From: Anthoceros angustus
Lineage: Eukaryota > Plantae > Anthocerotophyta
DNA length: 58,024 nt
Assembly (NCBI GenBank): GCA_010909165.1
Contig: MU008237.1
Span: forward strand, 1 to 58,024
Direction of reading: 5' to 3'
Made by a program: the position numbers and the translations under genes. The notes under the pieces are model-generated. The model was not told the origin of the DNA. It saw only the letters and a program-made list of their open reading frames with translations, and did not search any database. Of the stretch, positions 21,686 through 34,900 are shown one piece after another; within the stretch, counting starts at the first letter, position 1; every line of letters starts with the position of its first letter.

Positions 21686-23030
21686 CTACATGTAATGCTG
21701 CCACAAATCTTGCACCGATTCTGCTGCTTTCTGCCAACTGCCGAATTGCAACAAAGGATGGAGGCAGAGATAGCTCTTTCTCACAAAATCTTTGTAGGGC
21801 AAGGAGGGAGCCACCTCCAAGCTCCAGGCGTGTGTCGCAAAATCGAGAGCCGCGATCTTGTTCAGCTTCTCATGCATGACGTATACTTCGTCCTGCCCGG
21901 CCATGCCTTGCAGGTTGTACCCCATCATGCCTTGCAGGATGTAGTGCCGACAGCGAAAGCGAGTGAACATGGGCGTGGGCATGGAATCCACCTCCGTCCA
22001 AGCCATGCGCGCCAAGTCCAGTTCCCATATCTGGAGACACTGCCTGCGACCAAAAAGACCGTGTTGGTGCACAACGACGACGGCGCAAAGCAGCCGGTCC
22101 CGCACGTTCATGGGGTTGGAGTAGTGGACTTCCTCGAGCGTCTCACAACAGGCTTGGCCACGACCAACAAGCTCCAGCTGGCCCGGTCCAGATCGTATGC
22201 CAGCAAATTGCCATTCCCAGTAAAGCAGAAGAGCACGTTGCCTATAAACACTCCCTTCCCAGCCACGAATTGGGGGATGCCTGCTAAAAAGGATGGACTC
22301 GCGACGGTTTGTCACACTCCAACTCCCAAGCGCGGAGTCGAACACAACTGTCCGGACGGGACTTCGTTGCCGATCGTTGAACACCACCAGCTTGAAGCAT
22401 TTGGTCACGGCAGTGTCCACAAATAGGCCCCGCACATCCCCGATCCCTAGCTTATCATCCGGGAACTCCGGCAGCGAGGCCCAGGAGCGCAAAATCGGGC
22501 TGCCGATGTGCGGGAAGACCATCGGCTCCTCCCCCATCCACTGCACTTGCACCTTAGCCAGCAGCACGCCGCCGCCCGCCAACGCCAGAAAGCGCTCCAC
22601 AGTCACAGTCCCTCTGCTCCACCTCTCCCGCTCCGAGAGCGGGACTCGGTGCGGGAACGCGTCCAGTGAGGCCTGGTCCGGTAGGGTTTGCAGCCATGGC
22701 GGGAGTTGGAGCTTGTACCAGCGGTCCTTGGCTTGGTCGTAGGCGCAGCAGGCCAGGGCCTCGTCAGATTTGCAAACACCTGCCACAAACAGCATCGAAT
22801 CCCGCGCTCCTGCTCCCGATTCCAGCCGCTCCTGCCACAAGCCCGAGGACTCCAAGGCCGCATTCCACGCTCCGCACACCGCGCGCGACCGCACCAAACT
22901 TACCAGCGGCAGCTGAGCTTGGATCTTGGCTATCACTTCATTCTCAGCCCGCTCAAAGGAACCTCCTCCTCCTCAATCACAAGGAGATTGTGGCGATCCG
23001 GCAGCCCGCTCCAGGGAACCTCCTCCTCCT
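21686..23030 (-). CDS. F-box protein, copy 3 (long open frame; N-terminus locally duplicated and frameshifted)
   Basis: ORF 21686-22936 (416 aa) begins inside the F-box (VIAKIQAQLPLVSLVRSRAVCGAWN). EEEEVP(L/W)SGL is encoded twice upstream at 22945-23030. Confidence 0.85.
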
Positions 23031-23298
23031 CAAAACACAATGGAGGAACGATTGACGGAATCCTCTGGGACCATTCGCGAGCTTCGGATACGCCACAGAA
23101 TTTTGATCCTGAAAAGCCATCACCCTCCTCAAAACACAATGGAGGATCGATTGACGGAATCCTCTGGGACCATTCCCTCTGGGACCATTCGCGAGCTTCG
23201 GATACGCCACAGAAATAGGACCCTGAAAAGCCATCACAAGGCCCGCCTTCCTAGTGTCATAAAGCCAATCACAAAGACCTCATTCTGGAGAAGACAAC

Positions 23299-26200
23299 TA
23301 GTAAGAGAGCCGAGCCTCTATAGAGAGGGAACACAACCTTCCCATACAATATGGGTTATATGCACTAAGGCGCTGACTCACAAGCGCACAAGAACACTTG
23401 CACAGACCACACCTTACAAATGGTGGGCTTGGCCTTATATAGTCCTAGCCTTGAATCCTACTGGTCACTTACCTTGAATCCTATTAGTTACTTGACCTTG
23501 AGTCCTATTGGTTACTTGACCTTGAATCCTACTGGTCACTTGACTTGCCCTTTACTTTTGGACTTTCTAGAAGATACTTTCTAGAAGATGCATGACTTTC
23601 AAGTTATTTTAGGGCACTCTTCATAACCGGCTTTTAGGGTACTCTTCATAACATATTTTGATATGTTGTAATAAATCACTTCTAACACTCCCACTCAACA
23701 TATCAAAATTATTCTCTTAGGCCTAGCATCTTGCTAAACCTAGCATGTTTTCTAAAGTCAAGGCTTTGGTCAAAATATCTGCCGGCATGTCTCTGTTGGA
23801 CAATACTCTAGCTTTACCTCTTTTGACTTTACCTTCTCTCTTATAAAGTGATGTTTCACTTCGATGTGCTTGGTTCGAGCATGAAAAGTTGCATTCTTGG
23901 CTAAGAAGATGCAACCTTGATTATCGTTGAAGATTGTTGTTGCTTCCTTTTGCTTGAATCCCATCTCCTCTAGCAAGTTACGCAACCATATCGCCTCCAT
24001 GACCGTAGAGCATGTTGCCATATATTACCTTCGTAGAGGATAGAGCCACGATGGGTTGTCTCCTACTATTCCATGAAATGGCTCCCCATTCAAAGATAAC
24101 GCATATCCGATCGTAGACTTGCGACTATCAACATCTCCCGCCCGAATCACAATATCCTACCACTCGGACTTCCTGCGATGCTCTGTTGATACACCAAATT
24201 CCAATGCTTTGTACCACTCAAGTACCTCATTATCCTCTTCACGGCTTGGCATTGTCCGAGGTTAGCCATAAATTGACTTGCAACTCCACGCCTCTTTGTC
24301 CTTGTCCTGTAGATAAATAGGTGAGGCATCCAACACACCTTGATAGAGAGTTTTATCTACCTTCTCCTTCTCTTCTTGATTGTAGGACTCATCTCCTTTG
24401 AGAGCTTCTCATTAAGCACCATTGGTGTCTTCACGGCTTGCACTCTTGCATTCCAAAGCGCTTGAGACATTCTCAACATATGTCCTTTGGCTCAAAGAGA
24501 TCTTCTTGTTAGCTCTCTCATTACTTCTATCCTAGAAAGTAATGAAGTTCACCTAGATCCCTCATATCAAAACTATCATTAAGACTCTTCTTGTACTCTA
24601 AGAGCTCCAAATCATTGCAAACAAGGATTAGATCATCCACATAGCAATGATCATCATGGACTCTCCTCTCTTCACATAGATGTTCCAATCTCCATTGGTT
24701 TTCTTGAAACCTCTAGCTTGGAAGAACTTGTCAATCTTAACATACCGTAAGTGCAGTTGCTTAAGACCATAGAGTGCCTTTAGCAATTTACATACCTCAC
24801 TTTCCTCGGCACTTCATACCCCTTGGTTGGTTCATGTAGATCTCTTCTTCCAAATCTCCATTGAGAAGCGCAGTTTGGACATCCATGTGATGTATCTCCA
24901 GATCCATGGTAGCTGCTATTGCTAAGAGTATACGAATGGATGTTATCTTAGCAACAGGGGAGAAAGTGTCGGTGTAGTCAATGCACTTGTGTATATCCCT
25001 TCCCACCAGCCTTGCTTTGTATCGCTCTATGCTCCCATCGTTGTGCTTGATCTTGAACACCCATTTGGATCCTATGCACTTCCTTCCTTGGGGTAGAGGA
25101 GTGATTTCCCAAGTCTTGTTCTTGATAAGTGAGTTATACTATCCAGGGCTTCTTTCCACTCCTTCGCCTTTGGCCCTTCCAAGGCTTCCTTCAAGCTTTG
25201 CGGCTCATCAGCATCTGCCAACATAGCCTCTTCGTACTTGCATGCATTCATGGACTCCAAAGTGAGGGTTTCCATCGCCTTGATGATCTCCTGATCTGGG
25301 TCGGCGGCTCCTCTTGGATTCTTTGATCTCACTCCTCTTCATCATCCTCGATATCCGGGGCTTCTCCACCTTCTATATTACCTTGTGGTAGAGGTTGCTC
25401 ATGCTCAGGAACACGTTGAGCATACTTAAGAGTAGGTTGCTCAAGAACCAAGTCTTGTGCTTCTTCACGCTCCTTCAACTCCTTGATGACAACTTGCGTT
25501 GCTCACTCCTTTGTTAGGTTCCACAACCTCATGAAAACAACATCCTCGAAAATGATTTTCTTGGTTGTAGGGTTGTATAATCTATACCCTTTACCTCATC
25601 GGAATACCCAAGCATGATGCACTTGGATGCCTTTAGGATCCCACTTGGTTCGGTTTTGCTTTGGAACATGAGCATAAACCTCGAACCAAAGATCCTAAAA
25701 TGACTCACGTTAGGTTTGACACGGACCATGCCTCCTCGGTCATTCCAGTCTGACCTTGGTTGGAACTCTATTCAAAACATGAGTTGCTGTAGCAACAGCC
25801 TCTCCCCAAAAACGTACCTCCAACCCACTTTGATGGAGCATGCACTTGGCCGCCTCCACTAGGCTCCTTAGCTTGCGCTCCGCCACTCCATTTTGCTCCG
25901 GTGTGTGAGGAATTGTTAGTTGCCTCCGAATGCCATGCTCCTTGCAAAAGCTTTTGAATTGAGAAGAGATGTATTCTCCTCCATTGTCACTCCTCAGAGT
26001 CTTGAGGCATTCTCCACTTTCGTTCTCCACCAAGACTTTCCACTCCTTGAATGTCTTGAACACTTGGACTTCTCCTTCAAAAGGTATGTCCAACTCCTCC
26101 TTGTGAAGTCATCCACAAACACTAGAATGTAGCGGGCTCCTCCATGGGTAGGGTTCTTCATTGGTCCACACATGTGTGTACAAGTTCAACGCCTTTGCTC

Positions 26201-28627
26201 GCTCCAATCCTTGGGAACTTGGTTGGTGAAGCTTTCCCATCATGCACCCTTTAGCTGTCGCGGCTCACCAATATCTTTCAAATCCAAGCGGTCACCATTT
26301 GTTGATTCTTCATCATCTTGATGTTGTCCACTCCAGTGTGCCCCAAGCGTTGATGCCACAAATCTATTGACCCGGTGCTCTTAGGCGAGCTTGACACAAA
26401 TGTGCAAGCTTGTTGATCACCTAAGCACACAACTTGTAGAGATTGCCTTCCGAACACCTCGAGCTATCACCTTGACATTAGGTGATTACGGTTTCGGGTT
26501 GGATCGACATCCTCGAGTTGAACACAATCTCATTCCGAGGTCGGTGATTCTTGCTCGAAAGAAGATTCTTAAGAAGAGCACATGGTGCACATCCTTGATT
26601 GTACCTTTGGATGGTCCTCCAGTTGAACTTTAATCACACCTCTTCCTTTGATCTCGTGTGACCTATTGTCTCCAAGCGCCACTTTATGCCCCGCATTTCT
26701 TCATAGCTTGAGAACCAAGGCCGATTGTAGGTGAAGTGTTGAGATGCTCCAGTCGAGGTACAAACTCTCATCCTTCTTTGATGGGGCTGGCATTACTCTT
26801 TCTGGTTGAGACAATGAAAGATGTTCTTCCTTCTCACTCACTTGATTGGCTTGTGACTCCTTTCCCTTCTTCTTCAAGTCACCAACCTTGTCCTACAATC
26901 CTTGGCATAGTGATTAGGCTTTTGCAATAATGGCAAGTACCCCACACCTTTTCTTCGCACCTTTTCTCCTTGATCCTTCTTGAGTTGGCTTGTGAAGTCT
27001 TCCCACGTGTTGTTCCCTTCTTTGAGAAGAGCACCGAGTCTCCATTCTCTTCTTTCTTGAAGGAATTCTCCAGCTCCTCTTGTAGGAGCAACCCAACCAC
27101 CTCATCCAACGTTGGTGGTTGGTCGCTTATCCCTCAAGCGTTCTAAAGGCCAACACAAATTGCTTATGCGGATGGTAAGCTACTCGGCAACACCACGATA
27201 ACCTTTCTTCTTGAAGGTTTGGCGTCCGCCTTCATTTGATCCACCAAGTTCTTCAACTTGTTGGCGTGTTGTTGAATGGTGTCACCTCGACCATCTTGAA
27301 GTTGGCGGTGTTGCTCCAACAACATCTCATTCACCAAGCTCTTCTTCTCATACGTGTTGCGGAGGTCACGCCGCTTTTGATGTTGCACACTCACTCAATT
27401 GAGAGAGTATGTCATCGGACACATTGAGGAGAATCGTCACAGCTCGTCCATCTTTCTCAGTGTCCACTTCGGTGGGTATTTCTCCGAGGCCATTGTCGAC
27501 AAACTTCCATAGTCCCCGGTCGATGAGAAGCATCTGACACTTCGGTGGGTGTTTCTCCGAGGCCATTGTCGACAAACTTCCATAGTCCTCGGTCGATGAG
27601 AAGCCATTGTCGACAAACTTCCACAGTCCTCGGTCGATGAGAAGCATCTTCAGCTTCAACTTCCACAATGTGAAGTTCGTGCCTCCAAACTTCTCCATTA
27701 GAGGCGTGTCTGCGGCGCGCTAGTTTCCCTACAATTGATCTTGAAGACCAAAGCACTTCATTCACATGCACTACGAGATTAGTATCAAGACCTTTCCAAT
27801 TGCACACAAGTTCTCACAAGCTCTAGGCTAAGAACTATGCAATAGGATATGACTCAAGTAACAATGCAAGGGGCATTCTATAAGGCTCTTGAACATGGCT
27901 CTGATACCATATTAGGAAAAGAGCTGAGCCTTTATAGAGAGGGAACACAACCTTCCCATACAATATGGGTTATATGCACTAGGCACACTAGATACTAGTA
28001 CACAAGCACACAAGAACACTTGCACAGACCACACCTTACAAATGGTGGGCTTGGCCTTATGTAGTCCTAGCCTTGAATCCTACTGGTCACTTGACCTTGA
28101 ATCCTATTGGTTACTTGACCTTGAGTCCTATTGGTCACTTGACCTTAAATCCTTGCTATCTCTGCTGTCGTGAGTCTCTTCCATGTCTCGTGCCATCGCA
28201 GAACACTGGCCGTATAATTGCTAAGAGAACGGCTCCCGATTCTTAAGGCCTCGAGGGCATGATTTATAACTGGTGGCACAACAAGGCCATGGAACATGGA
28301 ACTGGGCATGATTTATAACAGGTGGCACAACAAGGCCATGGAACATAGAACTGGGGAATGAATGGCACCCATGTGAACACTGATCCATCCCAAGGACGCT
28401 TGAATGTGGAGTTCCAATGAACCCCCACTTCTTGAAGGGAGGACCTCACGATCACCATGTTGCTGTTAGAAGTGATTTATTACAACATATCAAAATATGT
28501 TATGAAGAGTGCCCTAAAAGCCGGTTATGAAGAGTGCCCTAAAATAACTTGAAAGTCATGCATCTTCTAGAAAGTATCCTCTAGAAAGTCCAAAAGTAAA
28601 GGGCAAGTCAAATGACCAGTAGATTTC
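23299..28627 (-). mobile_element. Ty1/copia LTR retrotransposon 1, full-length but frameshifted; 5' LTR split and partly inverted
   Basis: PBS-iMet ggctctgatacca at 27897-27909; gag (FGGTNFTLWKLKLKMLL; CHYCK); integrase (LRSDNGGEY, TPEQNGVAER); RT (YKARLV, DVQTALLNGDLEEEIYM); RNase H (DNQG, HARTKHIEVKHHFIRE). PPT at 23687-23698; 3' LTR at 23299-23686; 5' LTR pieces at 27910-28155 and 28464-28627 (inverted). Confidence 0.95.
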
Positions 28628-31600
28628 AGGGTAAGAATTCGGTTATGTACAAAATTGAGTGTATGTGACGTTTCGTGAATAGGTAGACTAACTATGTTGA
28701 GGGTTACAGCTGCAGGGCTCCGTAACACACCCCCTTAACCCTAGCAATGTTAGAGAAAAGAAACTAAAGGATAGCGATTGACTATTCAACTAGCTTTATC
28801 CGCTAAATTCTTAGTACAAAGATATAAGAGCAAGAGCTTCTAGGTGGGTACTAGAGATGTAAAATCTCGAAGACCCATAGCCTCCATATGCTGAAAATGT
28901 TTGTGCTTGGGCAAATTCTTGGTTAGCAAATCCGCTGAATTCAAGTCGGTGGAGACATATGCAATTTGCACCACACCGGTTTCAATAGATTGCCTAACAT
29001 AATGTTGCTTAATCTCAATATGTTTAGTCCTCGAGTGGAAACGAGGATTGCTAGTCATAGCGATAGTAGACTGGTTGTCGCAAAGTATGAGGGTCGGAGA
29101 ATCCTGTGTATAGGTTAAGCCTTGGAGGAAGGTCCTCTCCCACGTTGCCTCCTTGGAAGCATGGGTAAGAGCTGCATATTCCGCCTCCGTGGATGATAGA
29201 GCCATGGAAGGCTGTTTCTTACATCGCCAGTTGACTGTGCCATTAGACAACATAAAGCAATAAGCAGGGATGCTTCTTCCACTCTCAAGGTCAGAGGCCC
29301 AATCAGCATCTGCATAGTCCATGATGGAAACATGTGGGCTGTTATCCTGAAACCATAAGCCGTAGGAGATAGTACCCCTTAAATATCTAAACACCCGCTT
29401 AACTGCTGACCAATGCTGAGGTCCCGGATTCTCTAAAAACTGTGACAACGTACTAACAGTGTATTATAAATCAGGACGTGTCCAAGTACATAGATAATTG
29501 AGACATCCTATAGAATGCTTATAGGGAACAAGAGACATGGTAGAAGTCTCTTCAGGGGTTTGGGGAGATTGATCTGAGGTAAGCTTGAGACCAACAACAC
29601 CAGGTGTGTTGACTGGTCGTGCTTGATCTAAATTAAACCTACGTAAAATCTCATTAATGTATTTAGTTTGATGTAGGACAACTATGCCTTGGGCTCTATC
29701 CCTAAGAAGCTGAACACCAAGAACAAAAGTTAGCTCCCCAATATCTTTCATATCAAACCTTCTATGAAGCATACCTTTAACATGATCTAAAAGTTTATCA
29801 TTATTAGAAACTAAAATAGCATCATCTACGTAAAGAGCAAGTACTACAAAATGAGATCCGTCTAGGAGTAAATACGCATTTGCATCTGCTGGGTTTTGAA
29901 CAAAGCCAAGGTCCTTAAGATACTTGTCAATGACCTTGTACCATTTCCTTGCACTTTGTTTAAGACCATATAATGTCTTCTTAAGTTTACAAACCCAATC
30001 GGGGTGTTCGGGGTCGACGTATCCCTCCGGCTGATCCATATATATATCTTCGTCAAGATCCCCATATAAAAATGCAGTACTTACGTCCATTTGATTCAAA
30101 TCAAGGTTGTGCTTAGCAGCTAGGGCAAGTAATATCATAATAGACTGCGTCTTCACAACGGGTGAAAATGTCTCATTAAAATCTACACCCTGCACTTGCG
30201 TAAAGCCTCGTGCCACGAGACGTGACTTATAACGTCCTATATCTCCGGCTGCATTAAGTTTGGTCTTAAAGACCCACTTACAACTAACTCTTTTTCTACC
30301 TGCTGGCAATGGACATAATTCCCATGTATTATTTTTTATGAGCGATTGATACTCATCTTCTATGGAAGGTATCCAGTGTGCCTTATCCTTGCCATTAACA
30401 GCTTCTAAATAAGACATAGGTTCTGGCCCATGAATTGTACTAATAGAAAAACTAGCAGGTTGCAGGTCAGGAGGTAGTAAAGGATCCTGAACTAAAATAT
30501 CATCTAAAACAAGAGTACGTGTTCGAGGAAGTGGTGGTTCAGGTGACCATCTATTCGGGGGTCTACGCTCACGGATAGGATACCTACGTTCTTGTAAAGC
30601 TGGGGGGGTCAGGTGCAATGAAAGCGGGCATAGGAAGAGGATCTGCTATTGGCTGGTCAAAAACATCATCCTGATCTAAATCATCATCCTGATCTGACTG
30701 ATTTACAGGTCCAGGTTCATCCACAACAGCGGAAAGTGGAACAACTGGCATGGTTCAACTTCTATGTCACTCTGCTTCCACATCAAGAAATCCAAAAGTA
30801 TCCTCATCAGCATCGGGAGCTTGAATATAATCAATATCCTGATCATGCCCATCACCCCCTACAGGTCCAGATGCTGGATAATTAGTATCCTGAGGATAAA
30901 AGGCCTGAGTACCCTCGGAGTCAGCAGAAGCAAGGGAGTCGAATCCATATGAAGCTGGACTTGAAGCATGAGGAAAATGTTCCAAAGCAGGGCTTGACAA
31001 CTCCTTAAAAGTGACGCTACGAGCAAATATAGAAGTGTTGGAAACAGGGTCATATAGCTTGTACGCCTTAGCCTCCTCGCCATAGCCGACAAAAATAAGA
31101 GGACGGGCTCTATCTTGCAATTTCTTTCGTTTTTCAGCTGGAATGAAAGCAAAGGCGAGGGAGCCAAATACTCGCAGGTGAAGGATGCTGGGGTTTCTTA
31201 CCCCAAATCACCTCAAAGGGTGTCTTCCCTTCAATTGCACTGGTGAGTACCCGGTTCAAAATGTAGGTGGCAGTCACCACACACTCTGCCCAATAAGCCT
31301 TATCAAGCCCAGACCAAGCTAGCATACCCCTTGTCATGCCGAACAGGGTCTGATTCCGATGCTCAGCAACTCCGTTTTGCTGCTGGGTGTAGGGCACTAT
31401 GAGCTGTCGAAGAATCCCTTTAGTCTCTAGAAAATGGTTGAATTCAGCATTCACAAATTGACCTTCCATAAATAGAGCGGCGATCCATCTACGAATCATG
31501 GGGAACCACTAACACCATAAATTTTGAAGGGGGGGGAATATCCTCGATGGGGGTTTTTTGTGAATAACCGCTGAAGAGGGTTGGTGATGGGTCTAAAAGC

Positions 31601-31750
31601 TATAGGTTCAGCTATTGTGTGGAAACTAAAGCGAAAAAAAGGGTCCGGCCCCTGCATCATACGAGTTTTCCGTTGGTACATATGACTGCCGAAGGGTGAC
31701 CCACTTCCCTAAACCGTTTGTTTCGGCCATAACAAGACTCACAATGCACA
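28628..31750 (-). mobile_element. Ty1/copia element 2, 5'-truncated (integrase, RT, RNase H, PPT, short 3' LTR remnant)
   Basis: ORF 29464-30618 is RT (YKSRLVARGFTQ, MDVSTAFLYG, LYVDDAIL). ORF 28840-29448 is RNase H (YADADWA, LSSTEAEY, CDNQS, RTKHIEIK). Integrase at 31134-31499 (QQNGVAEH). PPT at 28728-28737. Confidence 0.95.
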
Positions 31751-31999
31751 CCTGCAGTCTAGCATCGTTGTTCTCGGACATCTGAATCCAACGCCACTAT
31801 GGAAGGGTTATGAAATCTCGCGGACAGGTTCAATCCATCAAACATATTTGTGGGAAGAAACTTTACTATGCAGTTTAATGTGTGATCCTTCGCTATTATT
31901 TGTGGCGAGGCGGGAGGCGGCTGGCGGCTGGGAGTATGTAATCTAGACCCGAGGAATTTGTGTAAAGCCTCGCTCAGAGCGTGCTTATACCTTTCTATA

Positions 32000-34900
32000 G
32001 AACCATCTCCTTTTCTTTTAATTTTGAATACCCATTTGCTTTGTTACTATCTTCCTACCCCTAGGTGGCTTGACCAATTCCCATGTAGAGTTATTAACTA
32101 GGGAATTATATTGAGTCTCTACCTTCCATAAGTCTTTTCGAGAAGAGAAAGCTTGTTTTAAGGTAAGAGGTTCTTCGGGTCTATAGTTGCCTTGTAGACT
32201 TGAGAATAAAGTGATATAGGGGTATAGGATCATCAAAACAGCTAGGTATCCTAAAGGAGGTTCCTTCCAACTGCAGGACACGAGATAGTAGGTCGGGATC
32301 TAAGGTTGTACCTTTGTGCAGTGCATCATCCACGGAGGCGGGATCACGGCAGGATCTGCGGCTCCACAATGTCATCCTCCGGAGGGTCATCAAACTCATC
32401 ATCATGAGTGTCAAGCGCCTCTGGGATGTCAACATCGAGTCTGGTTGAGTTGTACCGTTGTGGAATAGATGCTAACTCCTCCTCCTCCCGCATAATAGGT
32501 TCAACTAAAGGAACACGAGCGAGGAATGGGAAATGGAGTGAAATAATCAGTATCATCAAAATAAGAAGGGTCAATGGTCTCATCAAGAGGAGGACCAAGC
32601 CTATCAGCTCCCTGTGGGGAAAAGAGGTAAGACTCATGAAAAGTAACACTCGGGCGTATAAAAGTTGCCTTGTAGAAGGGTTGAACAATTTGTACCCTTT
32701 GATACCTTGTGTAGCCAATGAAAAGTGTACTTAGCTTTGGGATCCAACTTCTTACGCAATGCTTTGGGAATAAAAACATATGCGGGATCCAAAAATTGAA
32801 GGTGGTCAATAGAAGGCTTCTTGCCAATGAATGCTTCATATGGAGTCATACCTTGAAGCTATGTAGGCAATCGATTCATGAGATAGGTTCTTGTGAGGGC
32901 CTCAATAAGCCTTAGATAACTTAGCTTGTACCAATAAGCAACCTGTGATCTCTTGAGGCGTAGATTCTTGTTCTCACGCCATTTTGTTGAGGAGTGTAGA
33001 CAAGCGTAAGTTGTTGAGCTATACCTTCACTCGACAAAATCCTCAAATTCGATGATGTAAACTCTCCACCATTGTCGGAACGTAAGGTCTTGAGTTTGTG
33101 ATCCTAAGTCTCTCACCCATTTCATGTAGTCCTTGAAGAAGTGAAAGGCATCACTCTTGTTTTTCGGATGTAGGAAAAGACAAAGCGAGAGAAATCATCT
33201 GAAGGTCAAAAATATCTACTACCACTAAAGGAGGGTGTAGACAAGGGTCCACAAATGTCTGTGCACTATCTCTAAAGGTGACTTGGCCCTTTGTGGAGAT
33301 TTATTTTGAAAGGCTCTTGATGTCGTTTAGTGAGGACACAAGATTCGCACCAAGGTAGGTGTTCAACCTTTGCAAGGCAAGGGGTTCTATATAAAGCTCC
33401 CTTAGACATTTGGATTAATTTTTGACTATTAGGATGACCAAGGCGACAATGCCAAAGCATAGTTTGGGTAGGTGTCGCTAGGTTTGGAATGGCAACATTA
33501 GCAGAATGGATGGCTCCCACTTGTACTGACAATCTATAGAGACCATCATCTAAAGTGCCTGTGCAGATTGTATAGTTTCTATCACTTATGAAAGAGAGAA
33601 GACAACTATCTGCATAAAGGATCACCTGCAGAGTGTGTTCTTGACAAAGACTTGCAGCTGATACTAGATTCTTGCACATTGAAGGAACATGGAGGACTTG
33701 ATGAAGATGAAGAACCTGACCTGAATCACACTTGAATACAACTGAACCGACACCCGCTATGGGTAGGTTGTGATCATCTCCCAGGAGGACAGACTGATGT
33801 CCTGTGGCTGGTGAGTAAGACTCAAAAGAGTTTCTGTTGTAACAAATATGTGAAGTAGCTCCACTGTCTAAGTACCATGAGGTATTGGAGGGCTTGGAAG
33901 AAGCCAAGCACACAGTGAGCACTGCTGGAGTTGAGGAAGATTGTTTCTTCGCTGCAATGTTAGCTCCAGGTGGGGCCTCCTTGCGAGGTTCCCCATTCTT
34001 CTTCTTACGACAATCCTTTTCCATGTGATTTGGGATTCTGCACCAATTACATATAATCCCAGTCTTCTTGTTACCTCTTGCAGGTGTTGAAGAAGATGCC
34101 TCTCCATCATGGAAAGTATGCGGGATATGGGGTCGTTGGAAAGTAGAACCTCGGCCTCTGCCTCGTCCTCTTCCTCTACCCTTTGTGAATACATCACTGC
34201 TTGTTGGCTCTGGAGTGATGATGACGTCTGCTTGCCTCCTCCTGTAGCAATGCTCCAATAAGTTCGGAAACACTGATGTCTGGCTCTTCATTTGGATCTT
34301 CATCTGCAGCTTTTCTGACATTGCGAATCACTGCATTTTGAGTTGTAATGAAGGCCCTATAAGAAGGTGGCAATGAAGATAAGAGAATGACGTAAGCCTC
34401 CATCTCTGAGATAGGTACGCCAATTGAAGATTCCAAATGGGATCGTGCCAATCGAAATGCATTAACATGATGTTCGATGGTGTCGGACTCCTTCATTGAG
34501 AGGTTGCGGAAGTTACGTGAAGGCGCAACAATACTCATTACATCTCGAGATGAATATAATTGAGCAAGGTGAGTCCACATATCCTTGGAGGTCTTTGCGT
34601 GTGCGACATGTCTCACCATATGTTGAGAAAGTCCACCGACCAATAAATCTTGTGCCTTCGCCTCAAGGCCCGAAGGTTGAAGTTCACGTTCAAATCGGGC
34701 GTGTGGCCTTGGAATTGATCCATCGACGATGCCCCAAAGGTCTCTTTGCCGCAAAGCTCCTCGCATTCTCAATGACCGATGTCATAATCCCTTCCATTGA
34801 ATCTATCTTTCTCTTTGAAAAGCACCATAATGATAATGCAATGAAGTGTTAGCATTATCATTACCCAATGGGGAATTAGGAACAGTTTGTTCTTCATTAT

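Noticed and set aside
27480-27660. Triplicated LLIDRGLWKFVDNG segment in copia 1 gag
   Set aside because: A local slippage or assembly stutter in a frameshifted element. No functional reading is supportable.
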